A stretch of DNA of 64,000 bases, from the IMG/VR virus record IMGVR_UViG_3300042349_000626. One strand, given 5' to 3'. Positions 9,506 to 19,756 of this stretch are shown here, in pieces. Each line of letters opens with the position of its first letter. Position 1 is the stretch's first letter. The position numbers were made by a program, and so were the translations under genes. The DNA is from a virus (Duplodnaviria > Heunggongvirae > Uroviricota > Caudoviricetes). The notes beneath the pieces were generated by a model. The model saw only the letters and a list, made by a program, of their open reading frames with translations, had not been told where the DNA came from and searched no databases.

Positions 9506-9921
9506 CAGATGATATTGTAATTCAGTGGCAACAATCTGATATGGTGGAGGTTTCTCTGGCTGAGCCAGATGACTTTTTGAAAGTTCGTGAAACCCTTACG
9601 AGGATTGGTGTTGCTTCTAGAAAAGAAAAGAAAATTTACCAATCTTGCCATATTCTTCATAAGCAAGGTAGATATTACATCGTTCATTTCAAAGAACTAT
9701 TTGCTTTGGACGGTAAGCATACCAATCTTTCGTTGAATGACGTTCAGCGTAGGAATCGTATCATTCAATTGCTTTCTGATTGGGGACTTATTACCGTAGT
9801 AACTCCTGAAAAAATTGAGGATGTTGCTCCACTCAATCAAATTAAAGTTCTTGCCTTTAAAGAAAAGGACGAATGGACTTTAGAAAGCAAGTATAATATC
9901 GGTAGAAAAAAACCTGAATGA
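9502..9921 (+). CDS. regA: Translational repressor RegA
   Basis: DDFLKVRETLTRIGVAS, SCHILHKQGRYYIVHFKELF. Confidence 0.96.
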   Translation: MTDDIVIQWQQSDMVEVSLAEPDDFLKVRETLTRIGVASRKEKKIYQSCHILHKQGRYYIVHFKELFALDGKHTNLSLNDVQRRNRIIQLLSDWGLITVVTPEKIEDVAPLNQIKVLAFKEKDEWTLESKYNIGRKKPE

Positions 9922-10046
9922 GAACAGTCAAGGTTCAGTTTCTCACACCAGAAAAAACTATAGTGTGGATAACAATACCTTGGGGTAAAGCTCATTTGGA
10001 TTGGTATCGTAAACGTGGTTATACAATACTGATGACCGAACAATAA
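9918..10046 (+). CDS. Small hypothetical protein, 42 aa (MRTVKVQFLTPEK...LMTEQ)
   Basis: ATGA overlap with regA; ends at a terminator. Confidence 0.45.
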   Translation: MRTVKVQFLTPEKTIVWITIPWGKAHLDWYRKRGYTILMTEQ

Positions 10047-10075
10047 TGGTAGGGGAATCCTCCTACCATTTTTTG
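10045..10075 (+). terminator. Intrinsic terminator
   Basis: AATGGTAGG/CCTACCATT stem followed by a T tract. Confidence 0.75.
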
Positions 10076-10149
10076 TTGTTTTGTAATAAATTATTATGAG
10101 ATGCCTTCGGGGTCTTATATAACACTCGCTTATTTAAGGAGAAAACCAA

Positions 10150-10614
10150 ATGACTAATTTATCTTGGCAAGTTTATCAACCATTTAACGTAGGATTGGAT
10201 GACATTTTTAATCGTTTAGATGCTATGTCTGGTCACAATACCAACTATCCTCCGTACAATCTTATCAAACATGATAACGCTAATTACGAAATTGAAATCG
10301 CTCTTGCTGGATTTAAAGCAAATGAGATTGAAGTCACTACAGAACAGAACATTCTCAGAGTTACCTCTAAAGTTGAGAAACGAGATACTGAAAGAAATTA
10401 CTTACACAAAGGCTTGTCCAAACGTTCCTTTAATAATTCGTGGCAACTATCTGAGGATGTAAAAGTTTCTTCTGTTGATTTTGAAGATGGTTTGTTGACA
10501 ATCTCTTTGGAAAAAATTATTCCTGAACATCAAAAGAAAACAACTTATAATATTGGTAGATCTATTAAAACTTCTCAATTTTTGACAGAGGATACAAATT
10601 CCAACCACAATTAA
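10150..10614 (+). CDS. hsp20: Small heat shock protein
   Basis: NYPPYNL, IEIALAGF, HKGLSKRSF, DGLLTISLEK; AAGGAG Shine-Dalgarno. Confidence 0.95.
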   Translation: MTNLSWQVYQPFNVGLDDIFNRLDAMSGHNTNYPPYNLIKHDNANYEIEIALAGFKANEIEVTTEQNILRVTSKVEKRDTERNYLHKGLSKRSFNNSWQLSEDVKVSSVDFEDGLLTISLEKIIPEHQKKTTYNIGRSIKTSQFLTEDTNSNHN

Positions 10615-10653
10615 ATAAATACTGACGGGGTTACCCAAATATCGTCGTCGCTT

Positions 10654-10707
10654 GGGGTCTGGTTGGCAAAATCCAACCTTGACCCCCGTTTCTTTTTGTG
10701 GTATAAT
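10654..10707 (+). terminator. Terminator hairpin fused to a sigma70 promoter
   Basis: GGGGTC-GGTTGG/CCAACC-GACCCC stem followed by a T-rich tract; TTGACC 10679-10684, 17 nt, TATAAT 10702-10707. Confidence 0.75.
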
Positions 10708-10730
10708 TAAAGTATTGAAAAATTAAATTT

Positions 10731-11081
10731 ATGGAAGACATTAAAATTGTTATGCTGAAAAATAAACAGCATATCATATGTAAATTAACTGAGTTAATGG
10801 TTGAAGAAACTGAAGATCCTTTGTGCTTCTTGATTGAAGTTCCTATGGTAATTTCTTACACATTTCCAAAAGACACACCTGATGAAAATGAAGTAAGAAT
10901 TATTTTTCAGCAATGGTCACCATTCTCTAAAAGCTTACAATTTAGAATTCCTTTTGATTATGTTGTTAGTATAGGAGAACCGAAAGATCAAATTTTAGAA
11001 AAATATATTGAAACTGTACAACCATATTACAGTGTAATTGACAACCAAGAAATTTTTAATGAGGTAAAAGAAAATGAATAA
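10731..11081 (+). CDS. Hypothetical protein, paralog 1 of a tandem trio (possible Sm-like fold)
   Basis: WSPFS...FRIPFDYVVSIGEP motif shared with the next ORFs. Confidence 0.65.
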   Translation: MEDIKIVMLKNKQHIICKLTELMVEETEDPLCFLIEVPMVISYTFPKDTPDENEVRIIFQQWSPFSKSLQFRIPFDYVVSIGEPKDQILEKYIETVQPYYSVIDNQEIFNEVKENE

Positions 11082-11472
11082 ATCACCAGCAATCGTAATT
11101 TTAAAAACTGGAGAAAAAATAATCACTCTTCTTCAAGAAGCTTTTGAGGGAGACGGGGAAGATAAAAAGGGCATTTGTTTAGTTTTTACTCACCCATATA
11201 CCCTTTCACTTGTGGAAGTAAAAAATACAGATAATCCAGAACAAGATTTACAAGTTAAATTTAGTAAGTGGTGTCCTTATTCTACTGATGTTCAATATAA
11301 AATTCCCTACGATGGAGTTCTTGCTATAGGACAACCAGATCCAGGATTATCGGTAGCTTATCAATCCAAAATTGAGCAAGCGGAAAAAATAATTGAAGAA
11401 AATGAAAATGCTCGTCTTCAACAAGAAGAAATTAGAAAAGTTATTAATCCTGAAGTGATGCCAAATGAATGA
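11074..11472 (+). CDS. Hypothetical protein, paralog 2
   Basis: ILKTGEKII...WCPYS...YKIPYDGVLAIGQP. Confidence 0.65.
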   Translation: MNKSPAIVILKTGEKIITLLQEAFEGDGEDKKGICLVFTHPYTLSLVEVKNTDNPEQDLQVKFSKWCPYSTDVQYKIPYDGVLAIGQPDPGLSVAYQSKIEQAEKIIEENENARLQQEEIRKVINPEVMPNE

Positions 11473-11752
11473 TGTTAAATTAATCAGGTTTGCTGGCATC
11501 TGGATTGTTTCAGAAATTGAAGAAATTCCTGATGTGGAGTTTGGGGATCCTGATTGTGTGCTAAAATACCCGTATGAGGTGGAGGGTTCCTGCCTAGGAG
11601 CCTTCCCTCCCCACGCTAAAGACCGTGAATTTATTGTCAGATCATCTGAAATCAGTTTAATTGCGGACCCATCCAATTTTATTTACAATCAGTATCGTGC
11701 TTCGGTCGATATTGAAAAACCTGTACCTATTGACGAAGAACCTGAAGAATGA
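11465..11752 (+). CDS. Hypothetical protein, divergent paralog 3
   Basis: VKLIRF...LKYPYEV...FPPHAKDREFIVRSSEISLIADP; overlaps gp43. Confidence 0.55.
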   Translation: MNDVKLIRFAGIWIVSEIEEIPDVEFGDPDCVLKYPYEVEGSCLGAFPPHAKDREFIVRSSEISLIADPSNFIYNQYRASVDIEKPVPIDEEPEE

Positions 11753-14244
11753 AATTTTACACCAGTGTTGAACAATCCGGGAATTCTATTCTCGTTCGTG
11801 GTTATGAAAATGGTAGAAAATTTCAAGACAAAGTTCAATTCAATCCAACATTGTTCCTTCCTTCTGCCAAGCAGGAGGAATGGAAAACTCTTGACGGAAA
11901 GAATGTTCGCCCAGTAATGCAGGGGAGTATCCGTGATGCCAAACAGTTTATTGAAGATCATAAAGATATTGATGACTTTCAAATCTATGGTCAGACACGG
12001 TTTCTGAATCAGTATATTTTTCAAGAGTATCCTGAAGATGAAATGAAATATGACACTAGTAAGATTCGTGTCTTTACTCTCGACATCGAGACAGGAGCAG
12101 AAAACGGATTTCCTGATATTGAATCTGCCGATCAAGAGATTCTTTTGATCAGCATCAAGGACAGTGAGATGGGTCGTATTACTGTTTTTGGTTCTCGTCC
12201 ATATCATAACGACGATAAAGAAGTTAACTACCTTCACTTCGATTCTGAAATTGGTTTGTTGAAAGGTTTCCTTCACTGGTGGATGGAAAATTATCCAGAT
12301 GTGATTACTGGATGGAATGTCCAGTTGTTCGACATTCCGTACATCTATCGTAGGATTGAGCGTATGGTGGGAGAAGCAGAAGCTCGTCTTCTTTCTCCTT
12401 GGAAAAATACAATGTCCAGGGAAATTTTTATCAAAGGTCGTAAGAACTTTGCTTATGATTTGATGGGTATTGCTACACTAGATTATCTTGAACTGTATAA
12501 GAAATTTACTTATACTAATCAAGAATCATATCGTCTTGATCATATTGCTTTTGTAGAACTGGATGAAAAGAAACTCGATCACTCTGAGTTCGATACTTTT
12601 AAGGAGTTCTACACTAAAGATTGGGATAAATTTGTTAAGTACAACATCATTGACGTTCGACTGGTTGACAAACTAGACGACAAGATGAAACTTCTTGAAC
12701 TTGCTTTTACTATGGCATATGATGCCAAGGTAAATTTTGAGGATGTATATTCTCAAGTACGTATGTGGGATAACATCATTTATGTTTATCTCGCCAAACA
12801 AAAAATTGCTATTCCTCCTAAGAAAGAAAGTAGCAAAGATAATAAGTATGCTGGAGCATTTGTAAAAGAACCTGTTCCTGGATTGTATGATTGGGTTGTG
12901 AGTTTTGACCTTAATAGTCTATACCCTCACTTGATCATGCAATATAATCTTTCTCCAGAAACACTTCTAGGGGAAAGGCATCCATACGCTAACGTAGATA
13001 GATTGCTGAATCGGGAGATAAATTTAGGTGACTTGTCAGGAAAAACTCTCTGTGCTAATGGCACTTTTTATACAACTGAGTATCAAGGATTCCTGCCAAA
13101 GCTCATGGAAAAAATCTATGAGGAACGTACTATCTACAAAAAGAAAATGTTGGCTGCCAAGCAGGAGTATGAAAACAATCCAACGGTTGAATTGAAGAAA
13201 GAGATTTCTCGTTGTAATAACATTCAGATGGCACGTAAGATTCAACTTAACTCTGCCTATGGCGCCATCGGCAACGAGCACTTCCGTTACTACAAACTGG
13301 AAATCGCTGAGGCAATCACTCTTTCTGGTCAACTTTCTATTCGATGGATTGAGCGAAAGATGAATCAGTACTTAAATAAAATTCTCAAAACTACTGAAGT
13401 TGATTATGTTATTGCTTGTGATACTGATTCTATGTACCTTAATCTGGGTCCTTTGGTGGAAACTATATACAAGGGAAGAGAGAAAACTAATGAAAGCGTT
13501 GTCTCATTCCTTGATAAGATCTGTAAAATGGAACTTGAGAAATTTATTAAAAGTTCTTACCAAGAATTGGCCGACTATGTAAATGCTTATGACCAAAAAA
13601 TGGTAATGAAGCGGGAGAACATTGCTAACCGTGGATTCTGGACTGCCAAGAAACGTTATGTTCTTAACGTATGGGATAGTGAAGGTGTTCGATACAAAGA
13701 ACCCAAGATGAAAATCTGTGGTATGGAAACCGCTAGGTCTTCCACCCCAGCATACTTTCGAGACAAGTTGTATAAAGCATACACGATCATCATCAATCAA
13801 ACCAATGATGACATTATTAATTTTATTGAACAGATAAAAGAAGATACTCGTAAACAAAATTATCTTGACATTTCTTTCCCACGAGGTTGTAATGGTTTAC
13901 AAAAATATTCCAGTCGTTCAACAATTTATAAGGAGAGGACTCCTATTCAAGTCAGAGGTGCATTATTGTATAATCACTATGTACGAAGTAATAATCTTAC
14001 TCATAAGTACCCTCTTATCCAAGAAGGAGAGAAGATCAAGTTTCTCTACCTCAAGATGCCAAACCCAATCCAAGAAAATGTAATTTCGTTTTTTGGTAGG
14101 TTGCCAGAAGAATTTAATTTGGATAAGTACGTGGACTATAGGACACAATTTGAAAAGTCGTTTTACGATCCGCTCAGAAATGTGCTAGAATGTATTGGTT
14201 GGGATGCCGAGCGAAAGATTTCGCTCATGAGTTTTTTTAGTTAG
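11749..14244 (+). CDS. gp43: Family B DNA polymerase
   Basis: Exonuclease [27 protein letters not shown]; no intein or intron seen. Confidence 0.98.
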   Translation: MKFYTSVEQSGNSILVRGYENGRKFQDKVQFNPTLFLPSAKQEEWKTLDGKNVRPVMQGSIRDAKQFIEDHKDIDDFQIYGQTRFLNQYIFQEYPEDEMKYDTSKIRVFTLDIETGAENGFPDIESADQEILLISIKDSEMGRITVFGSRPYHNDDKEVNYLHFDSEIGLLKGFLHWWMENYPDVITGWNVQLFDIPYIYRRIERMVGEAEARLLSPWKNTMSREIFIKGRKNFAYDLMGIATLDYLELYKKFTYTNQESYRLDHIAFVELDEKKLDHSEFDTFKEFYTKDWDKFVKYNIIDVRLVDKLDDKMKLLELAFTMAYDAKVNFEDVYSQVRMWDNIIYVYLAKQKIAIPPKKESSKDNKYAGAFVKEPVPGLYDWVVSFDLNSLYPHLIMQYNLSPETLLGERHPYANVDRLLNREINLGDLSGKTLCANGTFYTTEYQGFLPKLMEKIYEERTIYKKKMLAAKQEYENNPTVELKKEISRCNNIQMARKIQLNSAYGAIGNEHFRYYKLEIAEAITLSGQLSIRWIERKMNQYLNKILKTTEVDYVIACDTDSMYLNLGPLVETIYKGREKTNESVVSFLDKICKMELEKFIKSSYQELADYVNAYDQKMVMKRENIANRGFWTAKKRYVLNVWDSEGVRYKEPKMKICGMETARSSTPAYFRDKLYKAYTIIINQTNDDIINFIEQIKEDTRKQNYLDISFPRGCNGLQKYSSRSTIYKERTPIQVRGALLYNHYVRSNNLTHKYPLIQEGEKIKFLYLKMPNPIQENVISFFGRLPEEFNLDKYVDYRTQFEKSFYDPLRNVLECIGWDAERKISLMSFFS

Positions 14245-14251
14245 GAGAATT

Positions 14252-15283
14252 ATGGATTTTTTACAACAAGTAATTAAGGATAGTAAAAATGAATTCGCTG
14301 CCCTTGCTGCTGATGGCATTGCTGCTGGCGACGTTGAATCTTTTGTTGATACTGGGAGTTACATATTTAATGCCTTGGTTTCTGGATCTTTGTTTGGGGG
14401 TATTCCCTCAAATAAAATTACGGCTATTGCTGGAGAATCGGGCACGGGAAAGACTTTTTTCTGTCTTAGTGTCGTTCGTAATTTCCTCAATATTGATCCT
14501 AACGCTGGAGTCATTTACTTTGAAACTGAGTCTGCCATTAGTAAACAGATGATTGAAAGCAGGGGAATTGATTCTAAGCGTATGGTTATTTTCCCTGTGG
14601 ATACGATTGAGGAGTTTCGTACTCAGGCCGTTAGAATCATCGATAAATACATGGAGCAACCAAAAGAGGAGCGTAAGCCCCTCATGTTTGTTCTCGATTC
14701 CCTTGGAATGCTTGCCACAAATAAAGAAGTTGAGGATGCTTCTAACGACAAGAATGTTCGTGACATGACCAAGGCACAGCTAACCAAATCAGTGTTTAGA
14801 ATTCTCACACTGAAACTTGGCAAAGCAAACATTCCCATGTTAGTTACTAATCATACCTATGACGTTGTTGGCGCTTACGTTCCTACGAAAGAGATGGGCG
14901 GTGGTAGTGGTCTTAAGTATTCTGCTAGCACAATCATTTATCTCTCAAAGAAAAAAGAAAAAGACGGAACCGATCTCATCGGAAACATTATTAAATGTGA
15001 GGCGAAGAAGTCCCGTTTGACACGAGAAGGATCTAAAGTTGAGACTCGTCTGTACTTTGATGAACGTGGTCTCGAACGCCACTACGGTCTGCTAGAATTG
15101 GGGGAGCGGGCTGGCATCTGGAAAAACAGTGCTGGTCGCTATGAAGTCAACGGTAAGAAAGTTTATGGTAAAGAAATTCTACGAAATCCAGGTGACTATT
15201 TTACCGATGATATAATGGCAAAGCTACAGGAACAAGCATCAGTTGAATTTCTTTATGGGGTAAGTGATGACGGAGAAGATTGA
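14252..15283 (+). CDS. uvsX: RecA-like recombinase
   Basis: [23 protein letters not shown]. Confidence 0.95.
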   Translation: MDFLQQVIKDSKNEFAALAADGIAAGDVESFVDTGSYIFNALVSGSLFGGIPSNKITAIAGESGTGKTFFCLSVVRNFLNIDPNAGVIYFETESAISKQMIESRGIDSKRMVIFPVDTIEEFRTQAVRIIDKYMEQPKEERKPLMFVLDSLGMLATNKEVEDASNDKNVRDMTKAQLTKSVFRILTLKLGKANIPMLVTNHTYDVVGAYVPTKEMGGGSGLKYSASTIIYLSKKKEKDGTDLIGNIIKCEAKKSRLTREGSKVETRLYFDERGLERHYGLLELGERAGIWKNSAGRYEVNGKKVYGKEILRNPGDYFTDDIMAKLQEQASVEFLYGVSDDGED

Positions 15284-16655
15284 AGCAACTATTCTGAGAA
15301 ACTTAATTTGTAATGAGGAATACTATCGGAAGGTAGTTCCTCATCTCAAAGCAGAATATTTTGAAGAGTATTCTGAGAAAGTTATCTTTGAAGAGATTCA
15401 CGATTTCTCCGTCAAGTATGATAAAGTTCCTACAAAGGAAATATTAATCTTAGCACTACAAGATAGAAATGATCTCACTGAAGACACTTATAAAGAAAGC
15501 CTTACAAAAATCAAAGAGTATAGTGATGAATCAATCGACAAAGATTGGGTCGTCACAGCAACAGAAAAGTGGTGTAAAGACAGGGCCATTTATAACGCCC
15601 TACTCCAGTCAATCAAAATTGCTGACGGGGGAGATCCGAAGTTATCAAGAGATTCAATCCCATCGATACTTCAAGAAGCCTTGGCAGTTTCGTTTGATGA
15701 ATACATAGGACACGACTACGTAGATAACGTAGAGCAACGTTATGAATATTATCATAAAGATGAATCAAAGATTCCATTTGATCTTGAGAAATTCAATCTT
15801 ATCACCAAAGGGGGACTCCCGAATAAGACGCTTAACGTTGCTTTGGCTGGAACTGGTGTGGGCAAGTCTCTTTTTATGTGTCACTGTGCCGCTTCTAATC
15901 TTTCCCAGGGGAAGAATGTTCTTTACATTACCATGGAGATGGCAGAAGAGAAGATTGCTGAACGCATTGATGCAAACTTACTAAACGTAAACATTAAAGA
16001 TATTGGATCTATTCCAGAATCAATCTTCACTTCTAGAGTTCATCAGATTGGACAGAAGACACAAGGTAAACTTATTATTAAAGAATACCCTACTGCTTCT
16101 GCTCACGTTGGTCACTTCAAAGCATTGCTCAGTGATCTACGATTGAAAAAAGATTTCGCTCCCGACATCATTTACATTGACTATCTTAATATCTGTGCTT
16201 CTGCTAGATATAAAGGTCATATCGTAAATTCATATACGTATGTTAAAGCGATTGCTGAGGAGCTTCGTGGTCTTGCTGTTGAGCATAACGTACCAATTGT
16301 CACTGCTACTCAGACTACTCGTTCTGGTTTCGGGAATTCTGACGTTGATCTTACCGACACTTCTGAATCCTTTGGTCTACCTGCTACAGCAGATTTTATG
16401 TTTGCTCTTATTGCCACTGAGGAGCTTGAACAGTCTGGGCGTATCATGGTTAAACAACTTAAGAACCGATACAACGATCCGACTTACTACAAGAGGTTCA
16501 CTGTGGGTATTGACAGAGCGAAGATGAAGCTGTATAATGTAGAGGACTCGGACGGTTCTATTACGGACACCGAAGAGGAAGAAACCTTTGAACGCTTTGA
16601 AGATACTTCCAATAAACAATCTCGTCTTAATAAATTTTCAACTTTTGTAATTTAA
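15264..16655 (+). CDS. gp41: Replicative helicase
   Basis: [26 protein letters not shown]. Confidence 0.96.
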   Translation: MMTEKIEATILRNLICNEEYYRKVVPHLKAEYFEEYSEKVIFEEIHDFSVKYDKVPTKEILILALQDRNDLTEDTYKESLTKIKEYSDESIDKDWVVTATEKWCKDRAIYNALLQSIKIADGGDPKLSRDSIPSILQEALAVSFDEYIGHDYVDNVEQRYEYYHKDESKIPFDLEKFNLITKGGLPNKTLNVALAGTGVGKSLFMCHCAASNLSQGKNVLYITMEMAEEKIAERIDANLLNVNIKDIGSIPESIFTSRVHQIGQKTQGKLIIKEYPTASAHVGHFKALLSDLRLKKDFAPDIIYIDYLNICASARYKGHIVNSYTYVKAIAEELRGLAVEHNVPIVTATQTTRSGFGNSDVDLTDTSESFGLPATADFMFALIATEELEQSGRIMVKQLKNRYNDPTYYKRFTVGIDRAKMKLYNVEDSDGSITDTEEEETFERFEDTSNKQSRLNKFSTFVI

Positions 16656-16658
16656 CTT

Positions 16659-17069
16659 ATGTCTGATACTATTGTATTTCAACGCTACGAAGAGTTTGTA
16701 GATGCCGTTACCAGCGATGCTTCTAAAGATTTTTGCTCCCTTGCTGATCGGCTTGTTGAGCTTGATGGTAAGGGTGCCAATATTGAACGACTGCTTACTG
16801 CTGGCGTTGGTATTAATGCTGAAGGTGGCGAGTTCTTGGAAATCGTTAAGAAGATGGTTTTTCAAGGTAAGCCTTGGAACGACGATAACCGAGAACATCT
16901 TATTATTGAGTTGGGTGATGTTATGTGGTACGTAGCTCAAGCAACACAAGCACTTGGTGTTTCTTTTAATGAAGTCATAGAGCGTAATGTAAAAAAACTT
17001 GAGAAACGTTATCCCGGTGGAGCATTTGATATCTACTACTCTGAGCACAGAGCAGAAGGTGATCTCTAA
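16659..17069 (+). CDS. mazG: MazG-like pyrophosphohydrolase
   Basis: EGGEFLEIVKK, ELGDVMWY, NVKKLEKRYP. Confidence 0.93.
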   Translation: MSDTIVFQRYEEFVDAVTSDASKDFCSLADRLVELDGKGANIERLLTAGVGINAEGGEFLEIVKKMVFQGKPWNDDNREHLIIELGDVMWYVAQATQALGVSFNEVIERNVKKLEKRYPGGAFDIYYSEHRAEGDL

Positions 17070-17140
17070 ATAGAAATGATAGAGTTCAAGTCCCTGTTAT
17101 ATCCTTATGAGGTATATCACACTTGAACCATCAAAAATAC

Positions 17141-17226
17141 GGAAGATTGGCCGAGTGGTTGATGGCGATAGTCTTGAAAACTATTAACGTTAGTAGCGTT
17201 CCAGGGTTCGAATCCCTGATCTTCCT
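17141..17226 (+). tRNA. tRNA-Ser(TGA)
   Basis: Acceptor GGAAGAT/ATCTTCC, anticodon loop CTTGAAA, long variable arm, T-loop TTCGAAT; no encoded CCA. Confidence 0.92.
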
Positions 17227-17244
17227 TTTAAAATAAATCCTTAA

Positions 17245-17538
17245 ATGAAAAGTTTCAAACAATTAAGACAGGAAGTAACACAAGAGTGTTACATTCAAAA
17301 AGAAATTTTTCAGGAAGGTGATTGTGTAATGAATGTTAACACTGGAGAGAAGGGAACGATTATTCGTTCTGGTGTTAACTATGTGATTGCTGTCACGGAA
17401 TCTGGCAAAATGTTTCGTGCTTGGGTAAAGGATATTCGTGAAGTCAATATTGTCGAAAACATAAATAAAGAAAGGAAAAATAGTAGTATCTTTACAAATG
17501 GAAAGACAGAGAGCAACAACACAGATGGCGCATTATGA
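17245..17538 (+). CDS. Hypothetical protein resembling the C-terminal domain of the cyanophage cytidylyltransferase-like protein
   Basis: IFQEGDCVMNVNTGEKGTIIRSGVNYVIAVTE...FRAWVKDIRE; family assignment from recall. Confidence 0.55.
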   Translation: MKSFKQLRQEVTQECYIQKEIFQEGDCVMNVNTGEKGTIIRSGVNYVIAVTESGKMFRAWVKDIREVNIVENINKERKNSSIFTNGKTESNNTDGAL

Positions 17539-18385
17539 TGAATATTCAAAGGCATTGATTTCATCTGCTGTAGCATATCTTGGTGAAGAGGGGATTCCTT
17601 CATTACAGAAGAAAGGTAATGAAGATGATTTCTCGAAGAAAGATCCTAAAGAAAAAGCAGCTCCAGCAGATCCAGCGATTAATATTGCTGCTGGCACTGG
17701 AACAAAACAATCCCATGGAGCTGAGATTGAATACACAACAGTGAAGGCAAAAAATGTACAGAAAGAAGAATCTGAATTAGAAGAAGCTAAGAACAAAGAA
17801 GGTAAAGAGCAAGGTGCCGATGGTAAAGCTTGCTGGAAAGGTTACAAGTATGCTGGTACTGAAAAAGGCAAAGATAAGTGTGTGAAGGAAGAAGACGAAA
17901 GCAAGGCAGAAGAAGAAAAAGAAAAGAAGATGAGCAAGTCTGCTAAGGAAAAGCATGAGAAGGCTGAGGACAAAGCAGAGAAAAAAGCTGGCATGAAGGA
18001 GCAAGTAACTCTTCAGGATATCGTTGAGAAGGCTGTGAGCAAGTCTCAGCAAAGATTTATGGGCATGGTTCACGCCAAAAAGAAAGGCGAAATGGAAGGT
18101 GGTTCTGGGGAAGTTAAGAAAGCTGCTGCTTCTATGACTGATAAAGAAGCTACCAAATTTGCTTCCACTAAGCATAAAGGTCTTCCTGAGAAAAAGAAAA
18201 CTAATGAAGGTCTTGATCCAGTAGGTAAGGAAGATGCTGATGTAAATAACGATGGTAAGACTGACAAGCAAGACAAATTCCTTAAAGGTCGTCGTTCAAA
18301 AGTTAGTAAGATCATCGCTGCCAAAAAGAAAGTTGATGAAATGATTGCTCTTGAGCAGGAGATTATTGCTGAAAAAAAGCAGTGA
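17498..18385 (+). CDS. K/E-rich late protein, probable internal head protein built from short motifs
   Basis: TAAATA at 17462; CWKGYK, SKSQQRFMGMVHA...FASTKHKGLP and EGLDPVGKED motifs. Confidence 0.6.
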   Translation: MERQRATTQMAHYDEYSKALISSAVAYLGEEGIPSLQKKGNEDDFSKKDPKEKAAPADPAINIAAGTGTKQSHGAEIEYTTVKAKNVQKEESELEEAKNKEGKEQGADGKACWKGYKYAGTEKGKDKCVKEEDESKAEEEKEKKMSKSAKEKHEKAEDKAEKKAGMKEQVTLQDIVEKAVSKSQQRFMGMVHAKKKGEMEGGSGEVKKAAASMTDKEATKFASTKHKGLPEKKKTNEGLDPVGKEDADVNNDGKTDKQDKFLKGRRSKVSKIIAAKKKVDEMIALEQEIIAEKKQ

Positions 18386-18531
18386 AGGCAGAGCCTACTG
18401 TCGAGGTAATGCCAGAAATTCCTAATACTCCTGACGACGAAACAAGTTCTAAGAAAAACAAAAAATATATAAAGCAAGCGATGAGTAGCCAGAAAAAAGA
18501 TAAGATAAATATTACCGGGAATCCCAGATAA
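18382..18531 (+). CDS. Small hypothetical protein, 49 aa, GTG start
   Basis: GTGA overlap; VKAEPTVEVMPEIP...NPR. Confidence 0.45.
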   Translation: MKAEPTVEVMPEIPNTPDDETSSKKNKKYIKQAMSSQKKDKINITGNPR

Positions 18532-18547
18532 TATTCGGAGAAAAACT

Positions 18548-18715
18548 ATGAAAATCTTTCTAGGTGTAGCTGAAAAAATTGTTCAGCATTTTATGAATAG
18601 CCCTGAAGTTAAACAATTTGTTATTAAACTTCTTGAAGGTTATGTAAAAAATACAGATAATGATATTGACGACGTAATTGTTGCCATGGTGAGAAAAGCA
18701 CTTCTTCGTGAGTGA
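18548..18715 (+). CDS. Small conserved protein, 55 aa (MKIFLGVAEKIV...TDNDIDD...LLRE)
   Basis: GGAG Shine-Dalgarno, TAAATA upstream, TDNDIDD motif. Confidence 0.7.
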   Translation: MKIFLGVAEKIVQHFMNSPEVKQFVIKLLEGYVKNTDNDIDDVIVAMVRKALLRE

Positions 18716-18742
18716 AAGTAATAACGATTTAAAATATTTACT

Positions 18743-18776
18743 AGGGGGGAGGTTAACTCCCCTTTTTTTATAAATA
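18743..18776 (+). terminator. Terminator followed by a T4-type late promoter
   Basis: GGGGAG/CTCCCC stem with a T tract; TATAAATA 18769-18776. Confidence 0.75.
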
Positions 18777-18811
18777 TGTTTTAGATATAAAGTTCATGCT
18801 GGGGAAAATAA

Positions 18812-19750
18812 ATGACTCTCTACAGTCGTTCAGAAAATAACGCACAAAGTTTAAAAGTATTAAACACTACAGAAAAAAATTCTGTAGATAAGTACGATTG
18901 GGATAATACTCTTATTGATGATGGTCCTAGCACTGTTCCTGGATCACAGGGATATGCCACTGCTGCCAGAAGATCAATTTTTATTGATGCTGTCGAAGCA
19001 ACACTTGCTGAAAATAAAGAGCGTGGTTTAAATTCTCCTGGTTGGTGGGAGTACATGACTTATACTGATGCCGATGGCAAGACCCGTCATAAAGCACAGC
19101 AACTTGTATCATTCAAGTCTGCTCCTGCTAACACCGCTGACCTTGATGATAATGTTGCTGCTGACGTAGCATCTGCTATCACAATTTCTGGTCAACCTGC
19201 TAACGCTACTGCTTTCACACCCGCTGGTTCAATTACTAATTACACAACCGGAACAACCACAACAATTGTTGGCGAAGCAAATGAAGTATATACTCTAACT
19301 GGTCTTGTTGGATCGGTTGCTGGAACTGGAGCAGCATTCACTGTAACTAGAGGTGCTGGTGGAGCAGTAAGCAGCGTTGCTATTACTGCTGTTGGCACTG
19401 GATTTGTTGCTGCCGAAACCATTACTATTCTTGGTTCTCTAATTGGTGGTGTTAACGTAACTGATAATTTAGTACTCACTGTAACTGCTGTTGGCACTGC
19501 CGCTGCTACCTTCTCGGTAACTGCTGCTGCTTCTACTGGATCACTTGTTTATCAGTGGCAACGTAGAACAAGCACCACCGCTAAGTGGACAAATGTTTCT
19601 GGTGCTACCAGTTCTTCACTAGCTCTCACGACACTTACCACCGCTTCTAACGGTTATCAGTATCGTGTCAAGCTTACATCATCTGCTGGTGCTGAAGAAG
19701 TTATTTCTAATACAGCAACCCTAACAGTTGATAATAATAATTTTGCTTGA
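18812..19750 (+). CDS. Virion structural protein with a C-terminal Ig-like domain
   Basis: PGWWEYMTYTDADGKTRHKA; Ig pattern ITISGQP...TFSV...YQWQ...GYQYRVK. Confidence 0.75.
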   Translation: MTLYSRSENNAQSLKVLNTTEKNSVDKYDWDNTLIDDGPSTVPGSQGYATAARRSIFIDAVEATLAENKERGLNSPGWWEYMTYTDADGKTRHKAQQLVSFKSAPANTADLDDNVAADVASAITISGQPANATAFTPAGSITNYTTGTTTTIVGEANEVYTLTGLVGSVAGTGAAFTVTRGAGGAVSSVAITAVGTGFVAAETITILGSLIGGVNVTDNLVLTVTAVGTAAATFSVTAAASTGSLVYQWQRRTSTTAKWTNVSGATSSSLALTTLTTASNGYQYRVKLTSSAGAEEVISNTATLTVDNNNFA

Positions 19751-19756
19751 TAGTAT

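Noticed and set aside
17226-17226. U rather than G at the tRNA-Ser discriminator position, as a sign of a pseudo-tRNA
   Set aside because: All stems and loops are intact, and SerRS relies mainly on the variable arm
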